The position numbers and the translations under genes were made by a program. From positions 496,001 through 560,000 of the forward strand of contig MU008184.1 of assembly GCA_010909165.1 (NCBI GenBank): 64,000 nt of DNA, written 5' to 3'. A model generated the notes under the pieces. That model worked only from the letters and a program-made list of their open reading frames with translations. It had not been told where the DNA came from and searched no databases. Positions 34,178 to 47,319 of the stretch are shown here, in pieces (the first letter of the stretch is position 1; the number at the start of each line of letters is the position of its first letter). This stretch comes from Anthoceros angustus (taxonomy: Eukaryota > Plantae > Anthocerotophyta).

Positions 34178-35391
34178 CTCAGTTAGACATCTATACAAGA
34201 CGGCATTAATTGTGTTATGTCCCGTATGCGAAACGGAAGCCCTTGGTTGTGGGGTAATTCGATGGATTATATGGCATAAGATGGAAACTGAAAAGAGTAC
34301 CTAGGTAAAAGTAATGGCATTCGGATTTGTTGCTTAAGTTAGGCAGAAGCGGGACGGTGTGGGCGGGTTTGACCGGTGTTACCCCCTAACCAACCATCCT
34401 AGCTGGAGGCAGGGCCCTGCCATATAAAGCAGGGACACGTAAAATGGGAATATTTTTGAAAATATTGCCTCCTCTACATTCACCGCAGAGGACAGTATCC
34501 GTTGCGGTCCCGCTCTCTCTCGATCCCGGGCTGGCTGGGCTGGGCTATGGCCGGGCTGTTGCGCCAGGGTTGTGTTATCGCGGGTCCAATGCTTGCGTCC
34601 CTCGCTGCTTTTCCTTGACTGCTGCTGGTCCATCCATCCGTCATCAGGGATGGGATTGCCCTCCTGCTAAACATTCCGCACTCACACAGTCACGCCGCCG
34701 CCTGTCTGCCTCCCTCTGGTGCTTGCTCCTGCTGCCTCCGGAGAGACGTTGGGCCGCCGGTGCACGTGGCTCTCGTCTGCTGGCCTTCTCCTGGACTGCC
34801 TCTCGCACCGCACCGCTGCCGCGCCCAGCGCTTGGATCTGCGCCGGATGCTCCCTCTCTGTGCATTGCCCAGATTCTCCGTTGTTTTCGGAATTGGGATG
34901 AGCCTGGTGGGCTCCGGCGGCGCTGCCCGTTATGCTTCCGGGCCCTGTCTGCCTTCCCCTCCCCTTCCCTCGCGCTCGGCAAGATGGGCGCTAATTCAAG
35001 ATTTGGTGGGCGCAATCCGATGGAGCGGGCTGCTGGGGTCGCGATGACGGGAAAGAAGCCGTCTCGCTGCAGCACGGTGGTATGACACTGGACGCGGGCC
35101 GCAAGACTGGGGGAATCTGCCCACGTAATTTTATCCTGCCTCTGTTCAGGGAAGGGAATTTCCGGAGCAGTTGCTGCGCTGCTGCTTTAAGCTTGCCTCG
35201 GGGGCAGGCCTGTGTAGCCCTCTCGGATGTGGTTGAAGGTTTTTGTGGGTTGTGAGGTTGTGGAAGGAATTGGTCTGAATCGTGTTGGAGCTCGGGGTCG
35301 GGCTTATTTATGATCACAGGCGGTTGATTATGCACTATGAAGGTGGCGGTATGTAGTGTATCACCAACCCAATACCTGCAATCCCGCCAGC

Positions 35392-38300
35392 ATGGCAGCT
35401 CCCAAGGACAAAAGTTCCGGCAGCGTAGAGGACGTTAGCGTAACCGAGGACAGGATTCGCACATCCGCATGCTCTTCTGGCGCTGATACTGACGATGATG
35501 CCACTCAGCAGGCACCACGTTTTTCACGGTGAGTGCTTTCCCTAGGAAGGATCTGCTACCCTGTGTCGTTGCACAGGCCTGTTTTCATGGCAGGTTTTGT
35601 TGGATCTTCTTCTGTGGCCCTTCTTGGCAAGGATTGTTGTCATGGGGAAGTCGGTTATGTCATCACGGCAGTGGAATGCGGTTCAATCACCTGGCAACTC
35701 CTAGATCATGGATTGGATCACTTCTTTCGCAGTCCTCAAACATTGGTTGAGTCATTGAATTTCCCGCAGTAGCATGCGGAGTGCTCACTTTGGCCTTCTT
35801 CATATTCTTTGAATGCAGTCGAACTGGCGGGCCAACTAGGAAGTCTTCAAAGGGAGGCTGGACACCGGCGGAGGTATTTCCCAGGAACCTCTGAGCGTTG
35901 GCTGTCTGGATTTGATGGTCTACTATTTCTTTCTCAGTGTCTGTATGCTATCTGTCACCTGCTACCTCACAGAAACCAGTTCCACATGCTGGGCGAATAA
36001 TCATTGTTTTGTTGGTCGGAAGTCCCACTCAAGTTTCGTTTTGTTGTACAGGATGAGACCCTGCGCAAGGCTGTCCAATGCTACAAGGGCAAGAATTGGA
36101 AGAAAATAGGTAGCCATGCACCCCTTAGTTCTCAATTACGTCAGAGGGTTGGCCGTTTGATAGCAAGTTCATGTTGTGTCTCGTATTTGGCCATTCTCGG
36201 CTGCTGATTGGGGCACTGAGACAGTTTTTTAGCAGTGCCGCAGTGAAAGTGGGCTGTGCTGTGTATGGGGCTCCATTTTGTTTCTGCACTAGATCTAGTA
36301 AACGGTGCTGCCCACATCAAACATCTGTAACAGTGAGGTAATCATTTGGCTCTTGTCGTTCTGTAGCTGAGTTCTTCCAAGATCGAACAGATGTTCAGTG
36401 CTTGCATCGCTGGCAGAAGGTTCTTAACCCAGATCTTGTGAAGGGTCCTTGGACAAAAGAGGTATGGTGTTCTGAGCCTCTATCATCAGGTGTCATGGCG
36501 TGAGCGGTTTTAACATGCGCTACAGGCTGAATTTCTGATCCACATGAGTTTCTTCCTTGTTATGCAGGAAGACGACATTATTGTAGAGCTGGTGAACAAG
36601 AATGGTGCCAAAAAATGGTCTGTCATAGCGCAGCATCTCCCTGGAAGAATTGGAAAGCAGTGTCGAGAAAGGTCAGTGGGATCTTTTGAGGGATGTTCCT
36701 TTGCGTGGTGTCATGACTGCTTGTTTGAGAGTAATTCCTTGTGTTTGTCTTTTCTGACATCGCAGATGGCACAACCATCTGAATCCCAACATAAAGAGGG
36801 ATGCGTGGACGCAGCAGGAAGACCTTGCTTTGATACAGGCTCATCAGTTGTATGGGAACAAGTGGGCAGAGATTGCAAAGTACCTGCCCGGGAGGTAATT
36901 GTTCTTATATCCACTTAGTTGCAGCTGGGATTGAAGACGTTTGACTTATTGTTATTATAATGCTTGCTACAGTTCGCAGAAAGTGCAGTTATATAGCTGT
37001 AAGCAAGGTAGAAGCGATGTGGACATTGTGCTGAGCTTGCTGATCCGCTTGCTACTTCACTGCTCATTTACCCATATGGGAGAAAATTGTCTTAGCAATT
37101 TGTTATGGTTTGCAAGCAGGTCAGACAACTCTATCAAGAATCATTGGAACAGTACAATGAAGAAGAAGGTGGATCCTTCCACTGCATCAGATCCCATTTC
37201 AAAGGCTCTCTGTGCCTATCAAGCAAAGCAGGAACTAAAGTCTTCACTGCTGGAACCAGCACGGCCAACCTCAAGTATCATGAGCATTCTACTTCAGGCC
37301 AGTGCTTCACCTAATTGTGGTTTTCTAATGCCCAACCATCCATTGAGTAGTTATGAAAGCAGACCAGGGGATTTATCTTGTCCTGCGGGTTCTCAGCAGG
37401 CAGAGAGCAATGCTTCAGATTCCCTAGAAACCCCAGATATGGTGACACCATCAGCAAGTACAGATCAAAAGGCTTACAAGCCAGGTGTTAAACGGAAAGC
37501 AGACGTTTGTTATAGAGGTCCCCCCCGCCCTCCACGTCCACTTGCTGCAAGACATGAAATCAACGATGGAATTGGACATTCTGGAGGTGTTATTCCTTCA
37601 GGAGCCCTGATGTCCTCTTCAGGGACCTCGATGTCTGCTTCAAATGCCTGTCATCATCAACCTTCTGATGCAGTAGTTGTCCGAGGCTCTCAGCCCGTGG
37701 TAGAGCCATCTGGGCAACTTCATGTCAGTGTGCTTCAAGCTTATCCCGATGTCTATCCTCTTATGTGCACATCCTATGCAATGTCCTCTGCTGTTGGAAT
37801 CTCACAAGATATGACTGTATCCGTGCATGGAATGGGTCTCAGTAATACGGGGCCATCACCAATGGCCCCGGCTCCACCACAAGAGGCTTCGAATGCAGGT
37901 GATGGGTGTACCTTTGCTGACTATCCTCCTGTGGGGACCTGTCATATTGGCCAGTCGAGGCAAGAAGTGACGAGTGCTCTCTGTTACTCAACTTCTTTGT
38001 TTCCTGGAATGAAAGAAAGTTGTGGTGGGAGAGAGAATACGATGGAGTATTCTGATGATCTCCTTGCTGCTGCAAGTCAGGCCATCAACAACTATAGTTT
38101 GCCCTCTGCAATTGAGGCAGAGGAGGAAACTAGGATGACAGAGGGGCCAATCTGTGTTGATGAAGAGGCATTGTTTTATGAGCCCCCGCAGTTCCCCAAC
38201 CTTGATCTACCATTTTTCAGTTATGACCTAATGAGTCCAAGCGGGCAATCGCATCAGGCATATAGTCCCTTGGGCGTGAGGCAGATGATTCTTTCTGCTG

Positions 38301-40399
38301 CAAATTGTGTTACACCGCCTGGTTGCGGCTCACAGTCTCTTTTCCCTCTGAGCAGCCCTCGTGCACTACTTCGCAGTGCTGCCAAAAGCTTTGATGGTAC
38401 CCCTTCTCTCTTTCGGAAGAGGCGCCGCCAGCTTATGCCATCGCAAGGGGGGGATGTTGAAGGGAAGCAGGATATTGTTTCTGAAGTAAAAGACAGAATT
38501 GTTGATCGGCCAGCTGCAAGATCGAGTGGTGGGTTGCTTCAAGCCTTTGCATCAGTTGGAACACCGGATGGGAAGTCTTTACTTTCTTACTCTGAGGAGA
38601 GGCTTGTTGGTGGTTGTGATGGTTCATGGTCTGGTGCTCTACTTCAATCACCCCCTTATAATCTGATGGGGAAGAATGTACGTAGTTCCAGAACAGATGA
38701 CAAGGACTATGTGGAGACAGGTGCCCTTCAGCCCCCTGAGGAAGCTGCATCTAATGGTGGAAGTGGCATGAGTCATCACTTTTCCCAAGAGAATAGGGAT
38801 TTTGGGACACTAGATGATGGTGCTCATGGGAATGGCAACCAGATGGCTGGATGCTGGCAGATTGCCCAGAGTAGTGAACTTGGTGATGATACGAGGAAGA
38901 GTTCAGAGGCTTCAGGCGAGGTAATAACGTCACTTACTTAGAAGCGGATGTGCAGCCGTGGACTGCTCAGATTTTATTGTTTGGAAGGAGCTATAGCTAG
39001 GAGCGATGTTCAGTGTGTGGGTTCAGATCAAGGTGTATCTCTGTGTAGGTGGCAAGGCAAGGATCCATGGCTGCTGACGTGCTTCTATGTTGGACTATGC
39101 AGATGCATCACTCTTCTGTTCTTGTACAGCAGCACCAGAATGGGCAGGTTGATACGACTGCAATGACAAACCAAATTGTGGTGCATCCTGGTGCAGAGTC
39201 ATTTGGTGAAGCAGCTGTGATTTCAGGGGAAAGCAGAAGGCCCCAAAATGATGGACCTAAAGCTCATCAATATGAAGCGTGTATGGTTGGAAATGGGGTG
39301 CAGGTTGGTGGTGGAAGGTTGGGTGACACAAGGGATCCCCCTTCAGCCACTGGCCAAGTAGGGATGGGTCCATGGACCTCTTCAAACTTGAGTCCCATTG
39401 GTCAAAGTCAGCTGGCTGGGGCAAAGCACTGGCCAAGTGGTCTTCCATCTGATTTTGACCATGTAAACTTGTATGTTGCTGCCCAAAACTAGCAGTCTCC
39501 TTTCGTCCGTTTTTGCTGAAAGAGTCTGCAGGCGTGCATGTTAAGAGCAAGTTAGCACACCATACTTTGCTACAAGGTGTTTGTGTTTAACCTCTGCCTT
39601 TCTGATTTGAGCTCACTTCTTCAGATTTGAATTGCAGTGAAAGATGCTTCAATTCTCCCTCAGGAATCTGGAGATCACCATGGCGGTTTGATTCATTCAG
39701 TGTCTCCCTGCAGCAAGACTCTCCTCTTGGGGTATGTTATCCTCTTGTCATGAGCACAGCCGGATTTTTCTTTGTTGTTCAGCTTATGTGCTCACAATTT
39801 CGCGTGGGCTTGAAGGGTTTAGATATATTGGGTGATGGACCAAGTGTGATGAGGCACCTGGATGAGAATGCTGCAGCATCATATCCAGAAACTGAGGAAG
39901 TTCTGTGCACCAAGCCATTGGCGAGTGAGTCTCGTGCAGCTCAGCTCACATCTGGCAAGAGCCAGGTTGCCCGCAACCATGACTTCAAAGAGAATAACAA
40001 GTCAGGGATTGACTCATCTGAACATTATTCTGGCGGCTCATTACGGGGGTGGTTTTCGGTAAGTTCTTTGCAGACTTTTACTCTATCGGCCAGGCAGATA
40101 CAGTGAGAAGGCTGGTTTCTGTGGCACCTCCTTGGTGCAAGAGTGTCATGACAGCTGCATTAGATATAAGTCTGATGGCTTGTGTGCTGAGCTATATCTG
40201 TCTGCTTGTTTCCCCTATGACGCCGCGATCTACATTGGTTCTGCAGCCAGCTCGTGCCGAGATGTCAAATCTGGGGTTGGCAAGGACGCCCAATCGAAGC
40301 GGTTTAGGGCATGGTTCGGATGAGCTCCATCACTCCATCACGGGGGCCTTCAGTGATCCATTCAGCCCTTCAATGTATTTATTGAAGGAGTGTCGATAG
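35392..40399 (+). CDS. MYB3R: Three-repeat (R1R2R3) MYB transcription factor with activator-type C-terminus
   Basis: Exons 35392-35528, 35819-35873, 36052-36109, 36367-36461, 36568-36671, 36766-36894, 37120-38920, 39103-39470, 39638-39731, 39816-40058 and a final exon to 40399 (acceptor uncertain). Motifs GPTRKSSKGGWT, RTDVQCLHRWQKVLNPDLVKGPWT, GRIGKQCRERWHNHLNP, GRSDNSIKNHWNS, YSPLGVRQM, LRSAAKSF.GTPS..RKR, SPSMYLLKECR*. Confidence 0.95.
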
Positions 40400-41860
40400 T
40401 ATTTTTTTCCAACATATGCGGTTTTTAAGAGTCTGCAAGTTGTGTAGTGCACGTAATTATGTTTACTGGCTCTCTCTCCCGTGGGATGAGTGCATATTGG
40501 GCATCAGTCCGGTGGGTGGTTTTTATTTTGAGTACATACAGAGTAACGCGGTGAAGGAAAGGAGTGTGAGCAGTTTTGTCCGCAATGCTCAGCATGTCCC
40601 ACGGTCGTTTCCTCGAGATTAGGTGGGTTTTCTCTACAAGTTGAAAATTGTTTCCGCTGAGGAGTGTGATGAGTTACTGCATTGGTCTAGATGCGTGCCG
40701 TGCCATACCTACTCAAGCTGCGTCGTGTTCCTTTTTCTGACTCTTCAGACTTATTCATCATGGTGATGGCTGCATTTTCTTGACGTCCACTGCACGTCCG
40801 AACAACTGAGAACTGTGTGTGATTGCAGGATAGCGACGCAGGCCACACCGCTAGCGCCACACATTCTACAACGGTTCTACTTCTCTTTCTGTTCTTGTGT
40901 GGAAGCTCGATAGATCCAGGCTGGCTATGGAGGCCTCTACTTCACTTTTTGGACTTCAATCTTTCGTTTTCAACTTATTGAACTATGTATAAAAGCTTGC
41001 TGCTATGATGATTTAAAACGCGTATGCGTTGCTGCATCGATTGCCGCTTGATGACACCTCCAAGGTGAATGAGATAATCTGCTGAATCCGACCTGATCGG
41101 AGTTCTCCGGACTGAGCACCACACCAGATTCCGTATCATTAGGGTGTATTAATAGCTGTAGTCAGTGCTGTTTTTGCCGTCACTTGGCACTGCAGTCGAG
41201 AATCGTGACAAGTTCTTTGTCACTGTGCAAAAGGTAGATAGACCGAGCTTTAGCAAGAGCCACCTCAGTCTGTGCCGATCGGCAGCGCCAGCCAATCAGC
41301 CGTCCCAAGGTGGCGATGCCTCCAATTGTTCAGGTGTTCATCGCCCACTGGCACCGTACCCTCAATTCCATCGGATGAGCCTCAACATCATAAGGAATCA
41401 GAGGAAAAGAAACCCAACCACGATTTTCACTCTCTTCTGTCGGGTTATGGAGGAGTGGAGGACCAGACCGTAGCAACTTGACTGTGCAACGGTGGGAAGT
41501 TTTGCCATCTGTCACAGAAGGATCTGGTGAAAGAGATTTCAAGTTGCCTGAGATTGGGCTTCCGTCTCACGGTTGCTCGAATCAGCAGCCTGGACAAGTT
41601 ACATCAGGAGCATGGAAATAATCTACAGAACTGGTGAACACAGGTCATAATCCACTGCTATGACCATGACAGTCATGACTGCCTTATTCAAACGACGGTT
41701 GCATCGAGAAGAGTCCAAGTCGGCGAGCATGACTATGTACACTGCTTTGGGGCCTCAGAAAGAGAAGCATGTCCTGCACATGTCTCCTCATGGGGGTGTC
41801 TGTACAGCATTGCTTCTTCATCGGTGTCTCTGATATCACTAAAATTGAAAAGCCATCTGC

Positions 41861-43435
41861 TTAAGCCAATTCGTGTGCAGCGGAAGGACCAGGGGCAACG
41901 GAGAATCGCATGCCTCTGGCCCCTCCTGCTTGGATCAAGATTGCTGCTGCCATTGCCGCTTCCTATAAACGAGAAAACAGAAAGCACCGGTGAGTGTGTT
42001 AGACAGCACTTCAATGGTGCACGATAATATAAGGGGGGGCAGTCCAGAAGTATCTCACTTGTCGCTGCCTGCGTCGCTGCAGAATGTTCATGGCACGGGC
42101 CATTATGTAGCAAGGCAACAGGAACCCAGCGGCCCTCAATAGGAAGAGCTGCACGAGCCAGAACGTAGGGCACAGCATGAGAAAAACAAAGTATAACATG
42201 TTTCGTCCCACCAGCAGCAAGGGACCGCAACATGGCAAGCACAATGAAGGAAGGGGCGAACCGTGAAGAAAGTGGAATTGTCTTCGTTGCCCCCACTGGT
42301 ATCAGCCATTGCAAGCGCATGACGAAGTAGCAGCAGGGCCATCAACTGTGATCAGCAGGCAAAGGGGAATCAGATACCGAGAAGATACAAAGGGTTCACA
42401 GTAGAAGAAGCGGTAGACAGGTTGTAGGGAGATTACGATGAGCGCAGCTGAGCGGCAGCAAGAGGCACTGGTCGCATTCCCTGCAGCATACTCATCGTAT
42501 TCAGCTTCCAAAAAGTGCCTCTCCGCAGCAGCCATGGCGAGGATGCGAGGATCATGCAAATCCAGCTGGTGGGCACCGGTGATGCCCCACTCCCCGCTGC
42601 TCACACAATAACTTGCCACGTAAGTTAAATAGCAAAGGACCCTGCTCTCTGTGACTCTCCAGCTCAGGGAAGAATGACAATGCGGAAGCGCAACAGCAGC
42701 AGCGACATGAGAGAGGCAGGCACCAACCTGAGCTCAATTGGAATGCCGTCCGAATGAAGAGGCCGGGGAGGAGCAGTGTAACCGTTTTTGTAGGGCTGCC
42801 ACCGCAGCGAGTCCGTGAGAATCGGTCAGCAAGCACCCCCGGAACGGCCTTGAGAAGAGGGTTGAAGCACAATCATACCTGGTGACAAATCTCACAGATG
42901 GTATCTCCTTTCTCATTGCACCAGCGCTGCACACATTTCCTATGGGCAAACTGCTCACACACAGCACAAGACAAAATCAGCCCATGCACTTATGCTCCAA
43001 CCGCAAAGCTACTAGAAACAGACCCTAAACATTCCAGCAACCCTGGCGAAGGCGGAAGCGCATTTCACACTCCACTCCACTCCACTCCCCTGCCGTCCAA
43101 TGCATAGTCCAGCCAAGTCCCTCCCGACCTACCTTCACACTCCCCGAACATGCACACGGCGTCTCCAAGTTGGCCACCTCGTCCTCCTCCTGGCAGATAC
43201 GGCACTCCACGCTGGTCCCAGATCCGGGGCCGGCCAAGAGCGGCACAGCCTCGTCGTCAGGGAGGGGCGTCCCATCCGCCTTACTCCCCACCGCATCCGC
43301 CACATCAATTGCCACAACATGCTCATTCTGCGCGGCCACCAGCGGCGACTTGGACGAGCTGCCGGCCTCCTGCGTGGAGTCCACGGCAGTGGCGGCAGCT
43401 ATGCGCTCCACGTCCAATGCCACATGATCCCCCAT
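41861..43435 (-). CDS. RING-CH (MARCH-type) membrane E3 ubiquitin ligase with DUF3675 region, 7 exons
   Basis: Exons 43435-43133, 42950-42879, 42795-42728, 42596-42437, 42345-42262, 42148-42059 and 41962-41861. Reads [61 protein letters not shown] and [13 protein letters not shown]. Confidence 0.95.
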
Positions 43436-44244
43436 GCCTTGCGCTCTGAGAGGCGGCCTCCTCGCCTTCTTCCCCCACAGGCGGGCGCGCTTCAGCCTAT
43501 CCAGGTTCTTGACCCTCAATTCCCACAAGACTCGTCCCCCGGATCTGCTCCGGCGTCCGCAACCCCAAAACCACCAATGCCGCGACACAAACTCCAATTC
43601 CCACAAACTCCACGATACTAAGCCTCCGTCTCCCTCTCCCGACGCTCCAGCTCCAGCTCCAGCTCAAACTCCGCCTTCAACTCCCACAATGCCGCGGCAG
43701 GCTTCCACTCCAATTCCGCCTCTCACACCACACCAAACCACAACCACGCAGGCCCCACTTCCACAGCCCCGCTCCGGTCGCCGCGAGCGCGTTACAGTGG
43801 CACCCAACAGCCCCGCCTTCCTCCTGCCCTTCTTCTCCGCCTCCTTCCGTGAAAGCGCGCTCTGCCGCAAACGCAAGCTCTGTGCAGCGAGGTCTGAAAA
43901 AAGAGCAAAACCCGAAGGACGAGAGCCGCGAGGCGGAGGAGAAGAGCTGGGACGAGAAGCAGCGCGGCAGCAGCACCAGCGGCCGTGGGTTGTGCGAACA
44001 AGGGAGGGCAAGGGGGTGACGAGAGAGGCAGGGCGAAATGGGTTTCGCCGCCGTACCGAGGCCCGACGTGGCTTGCGCCCAGTCAAAATATTATCATAGA
44101 CCCAAAAAAGAGAGGCTTGACTTGTCGCGGTCCCGGAGGTCCAGATGGGCAGATAAAGCACAGTGCGCGACATATACAATAATATCGCGTGTCCTCCCTC
44201 ACACAGTACCCCCAGTCTACTTAGTATTAACAACGAGATATACA

Positions 44245-44310
44245 TTGCGATTTTGCAATTCGCGATTCGCGATTCGCGATTCGCGAATTGCGAATTGCGA
44301 ATCGATTCGC
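44245..44310. repeat. Quasi-palindromic 7-bp repeat (ATTCGCG)n facing (GCGAATT)n
   Basis: ttgcaattcgcgattcgcgattcgcgattcgcgaattgcgaattgcgaatcgattcg. Confidence 0.8.
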
Positions 44311-46459
44311 CGCGGGTCCGGACTGGAGATTCCAGAGCGACGGGCTGGCGAGTGACCTGCTGGACAGATAAGCTGCCTAGCAGGAGGGCCCTTCAGTTCC
44401 TGCTTCCGAGTTCCGGGTTCCTTGCTTCCGCGGGGCCCGCCACGGTGCGCCATGCCAATCCCGTTCCCCGGCACGGGGTGGGGCCGACGGGCGCGGCGAG
44501 GAAGTTGGAACCCTAACGGGCCCCTGCGCCGGGCGCTCTGCACCCGTCCCGCACCGGCTCCCCACATTCCATTCCGGTCCGCCGCTTCCTGCGCTTCCTG
44601 CGGCCATCGCCGCGCTGCTGCAGAGCTCGCGCTTGCCAACCAACCAACCTCCAACAACCTTTCGGACATGATTCTTGCGGCTGGAAGGGAGTAACGTAAT
44701 TCGAATTGCGAACTTCCAACTCCCAACTCCCAACTCCGTAGGTAGAGCAGATAGAATACGCACATGCACGCTTACTTGCGTGTACAGGGCGGCATAATTC
44801 ACGCGGCCTGCGTCTGTCATCAGCAGCGGGGTGCATATTGGCTTCCGGCTAGGGCTCGACTTCTGGGAGGATCTCAGTGGGGATCAGTGCACTGCACTTG
44901 CGTGAGGCCGTGGCCCGTGCCGTGCGCTTCGTAACTTCACGACACAGAAGCAGCAGCGATGATCATTCGTCTAGGGAGGAGCGATTCAACAACTTGAAGC
45001 CACCGAATCTCACTCCAGTGCCAGAGGCCACGGCATCTCGCATGTCACATGTGTGGGAGAGGCGAGCCCAGGGTCGGACGGGCTTTCAGATTGTTCCAGA
45101 AAGGTCCGCTCTTCTTTGCTTTTTACTTTTTTTTTTCCTTTCTTTCTTTCGTTCTTGCCCTAAGCCGATATCGGGACAGGGGCACTTGGCGTGCGGGACG
45201 AGGCAGGTGGTGCCAGCGTCATCTGCATTTCCCACAGGAGCGTCTGCCGGGAAAGACTAAAGAAAGGGTAAGGGCAACGGCAGCGCCCCATCATCGGCTT
45301 ACCCTTTCGGGACGATCCAGGTCAGGGATATCAGGCACCAGCCAGCCCTTTTCTTTTTTATAGCGTAGCATCACGTCCGCCTTGTGGAAGGTCACCTTCT
45401 GTTGCAACACCATCCTTGTTGCCTTGTTGCCACGCATTGTATTGTTCTTGACCTGACTCGAGAAAGAAGGGTTTCTTTCCAGCTGTTGCATGCCGCGTTA
45501 CCGCCGTTGGTGGTCGTCGCTTGGACCGAGCCCGCCTTTAGCGCACCGATAAATGCGATGCTTGCTGCAGCTCCGTCGGTCCTGACTGACACATCCCGAC
45601 CTGAAGCAGAAGCGCTCATGTCAAGGTACGTCCAGCAGCCTGCGTACCTTTACCTCAGGCTATGTATATATGTATGTGGATGAATGCCTACCATGCTGAA
45701 AGGCTTTTACATGTGTATGTCATCGTGTACCCCTTCTTGTTACGACCGTATGCAACTGGAGAGCCATCCCACCTTTGTGTCCACGAGCCACATTCTCCTC
45801 AACAGTCCGGCCAGTCCGGCCAGTCCGGCCCGCGTGCACGAACTTCCCGCAGCTCGGCCAGCACCGAGCTGGCTCGCATTGTATGCTACTTATCCGCCAA
45901 GTGCTCCCGAGACGGGTCTGCTATTTGTCTGCCTTTGCCCTCAAAGCAAGATCAACCGGACTAAAATCGCGTCCTGCCACCCATATGTACGTACATAGCA
46001 GCGAACATATTCAGTTGCCCATCTGCCATGAGAGGGAGTGGACATGCCTCCCATACATTGCAGCCAGCATCGCCATCCCTTGGGCCTCGCCTGTCAGTGA
46101 AGGCAAGTCAAGTTTATTATACGTTTCACGCTGAAGAACTCAGAGATGAGCATTTGAAAGATAGCTGCTTGCCAGGTTGCCTGTGCGGGCACACGACTCC
46201 GGCTGCCAGATATAGGGCATCAACAGTACTTGAGCCAGACCAAGCTTCATGCTAGAATATCTGATCTCGGTTCTCAACTCCAGCCACCGCGGATACACGT
46301 GGAGGCGCCCTTGGAACCTGCTATCCGTTGCTGGTATGTATTTGGCATTTAAGTGAATTTTGACATAGGGACTGGATTTTTCTCACACGTTGGAATCCTG
46401 CTGCTGGGTTGGGAATTGAACCCTTCATCACGAGCCCGACTGTGGACGGTGGAAGCTTG

Positions 46460-47205
46460 GTTAGCGAAGAATGCTCGGAACCAGACAATTGCGGTTCGAA
46501 TTTCTGTGATTGTAAAACACCTCATGAAGTGATAGACGGCGAGTTAAGGCTGGGTGGTGATTACGGGTTTCTTCGGGAGTATTAGCCGACACACCCCCTG
46601 ACCCAAAACAATAACAACCCATCCAATTTGTAAACGACTTCTTGTTACAACCCATTTGCATTCGAAAGAATTTAGCCGATACACCGTCCCATCCAAAACC
46701 AAAAAGAAACCCTTTCAGTTCTGCATGGCACTTTCTCTTGCAACCCGGAATGTTCCCCTTGATCAGTGTGTGTCGTGTCGCCTGTGCACAAGATTTCGAC
46801 CACGGTTTGGGCTTGCACCGTCCATTTGTTTGGATCGACGCTGACTCTGTCAACCAAGATATTGGCTCAGAAAAGCGAGCAAGAGTCTCCGGCCATAGAG
46901 GGGGATTTATTAGACCGTTTGTGAGCCTGCTTGGCAGGAGCGGCGAGATACAGAGCGTGCTTAGTGTGGGAGCCCCAACCTGTTTCTTTACTGGAATACT
47001 TGATATTGTCTAACTGTCCTTGGGGACGTCAAACTGGTGGTTAAGTCAGATAGCACTAGAAAACCGGGATCTGTGGTTAGAGTCGCCGGATTAGCAAGTG
47101 CCGAATTAGCGGACGGACCCAACACATTTGATATGCTAAACCACAAGGTGGTGATTAGGGCTCTAAGCCGATACACCACCTGACCCGAAACAAAAAAAAC
47201 CTAGC
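46460..47205. repeat. Dispersed repeat with relatives at ~56405-56630, ~58270-58310 and ~61300-61465
   Basis: Shared strings 'atttcg(a/g)ccacggtttt?ggc..cttgcaccgtcc..tttggatcgac', 'tgcggttcga' and 'ggtggtgatta.gg...agcc.a.acacc.cctg.ccc..aaca.aa'. Confidence 0.65.
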
Positions 47206-47319
47206 CACTTTTCTATGCCACCTGGCCCAACAAACCACCCAAGTAACGGTACTCATGATACAAGATTAAAAAAAGTTAATAAATTAATAAATTAAAAAAA
47301 TACCATTCCTATTTTGAAA

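Noticed and set aside
36941-37119. N-terminus of the 666-aa ORF
   Set aside because: Intron read-through; the real exon begins at 37120 within MYB3R.
44800-46300. Possible gene between the RING-CH gene and the repeat block
   Set aside because: Only short ORFs and isolated splice-like sites; no coherent product.
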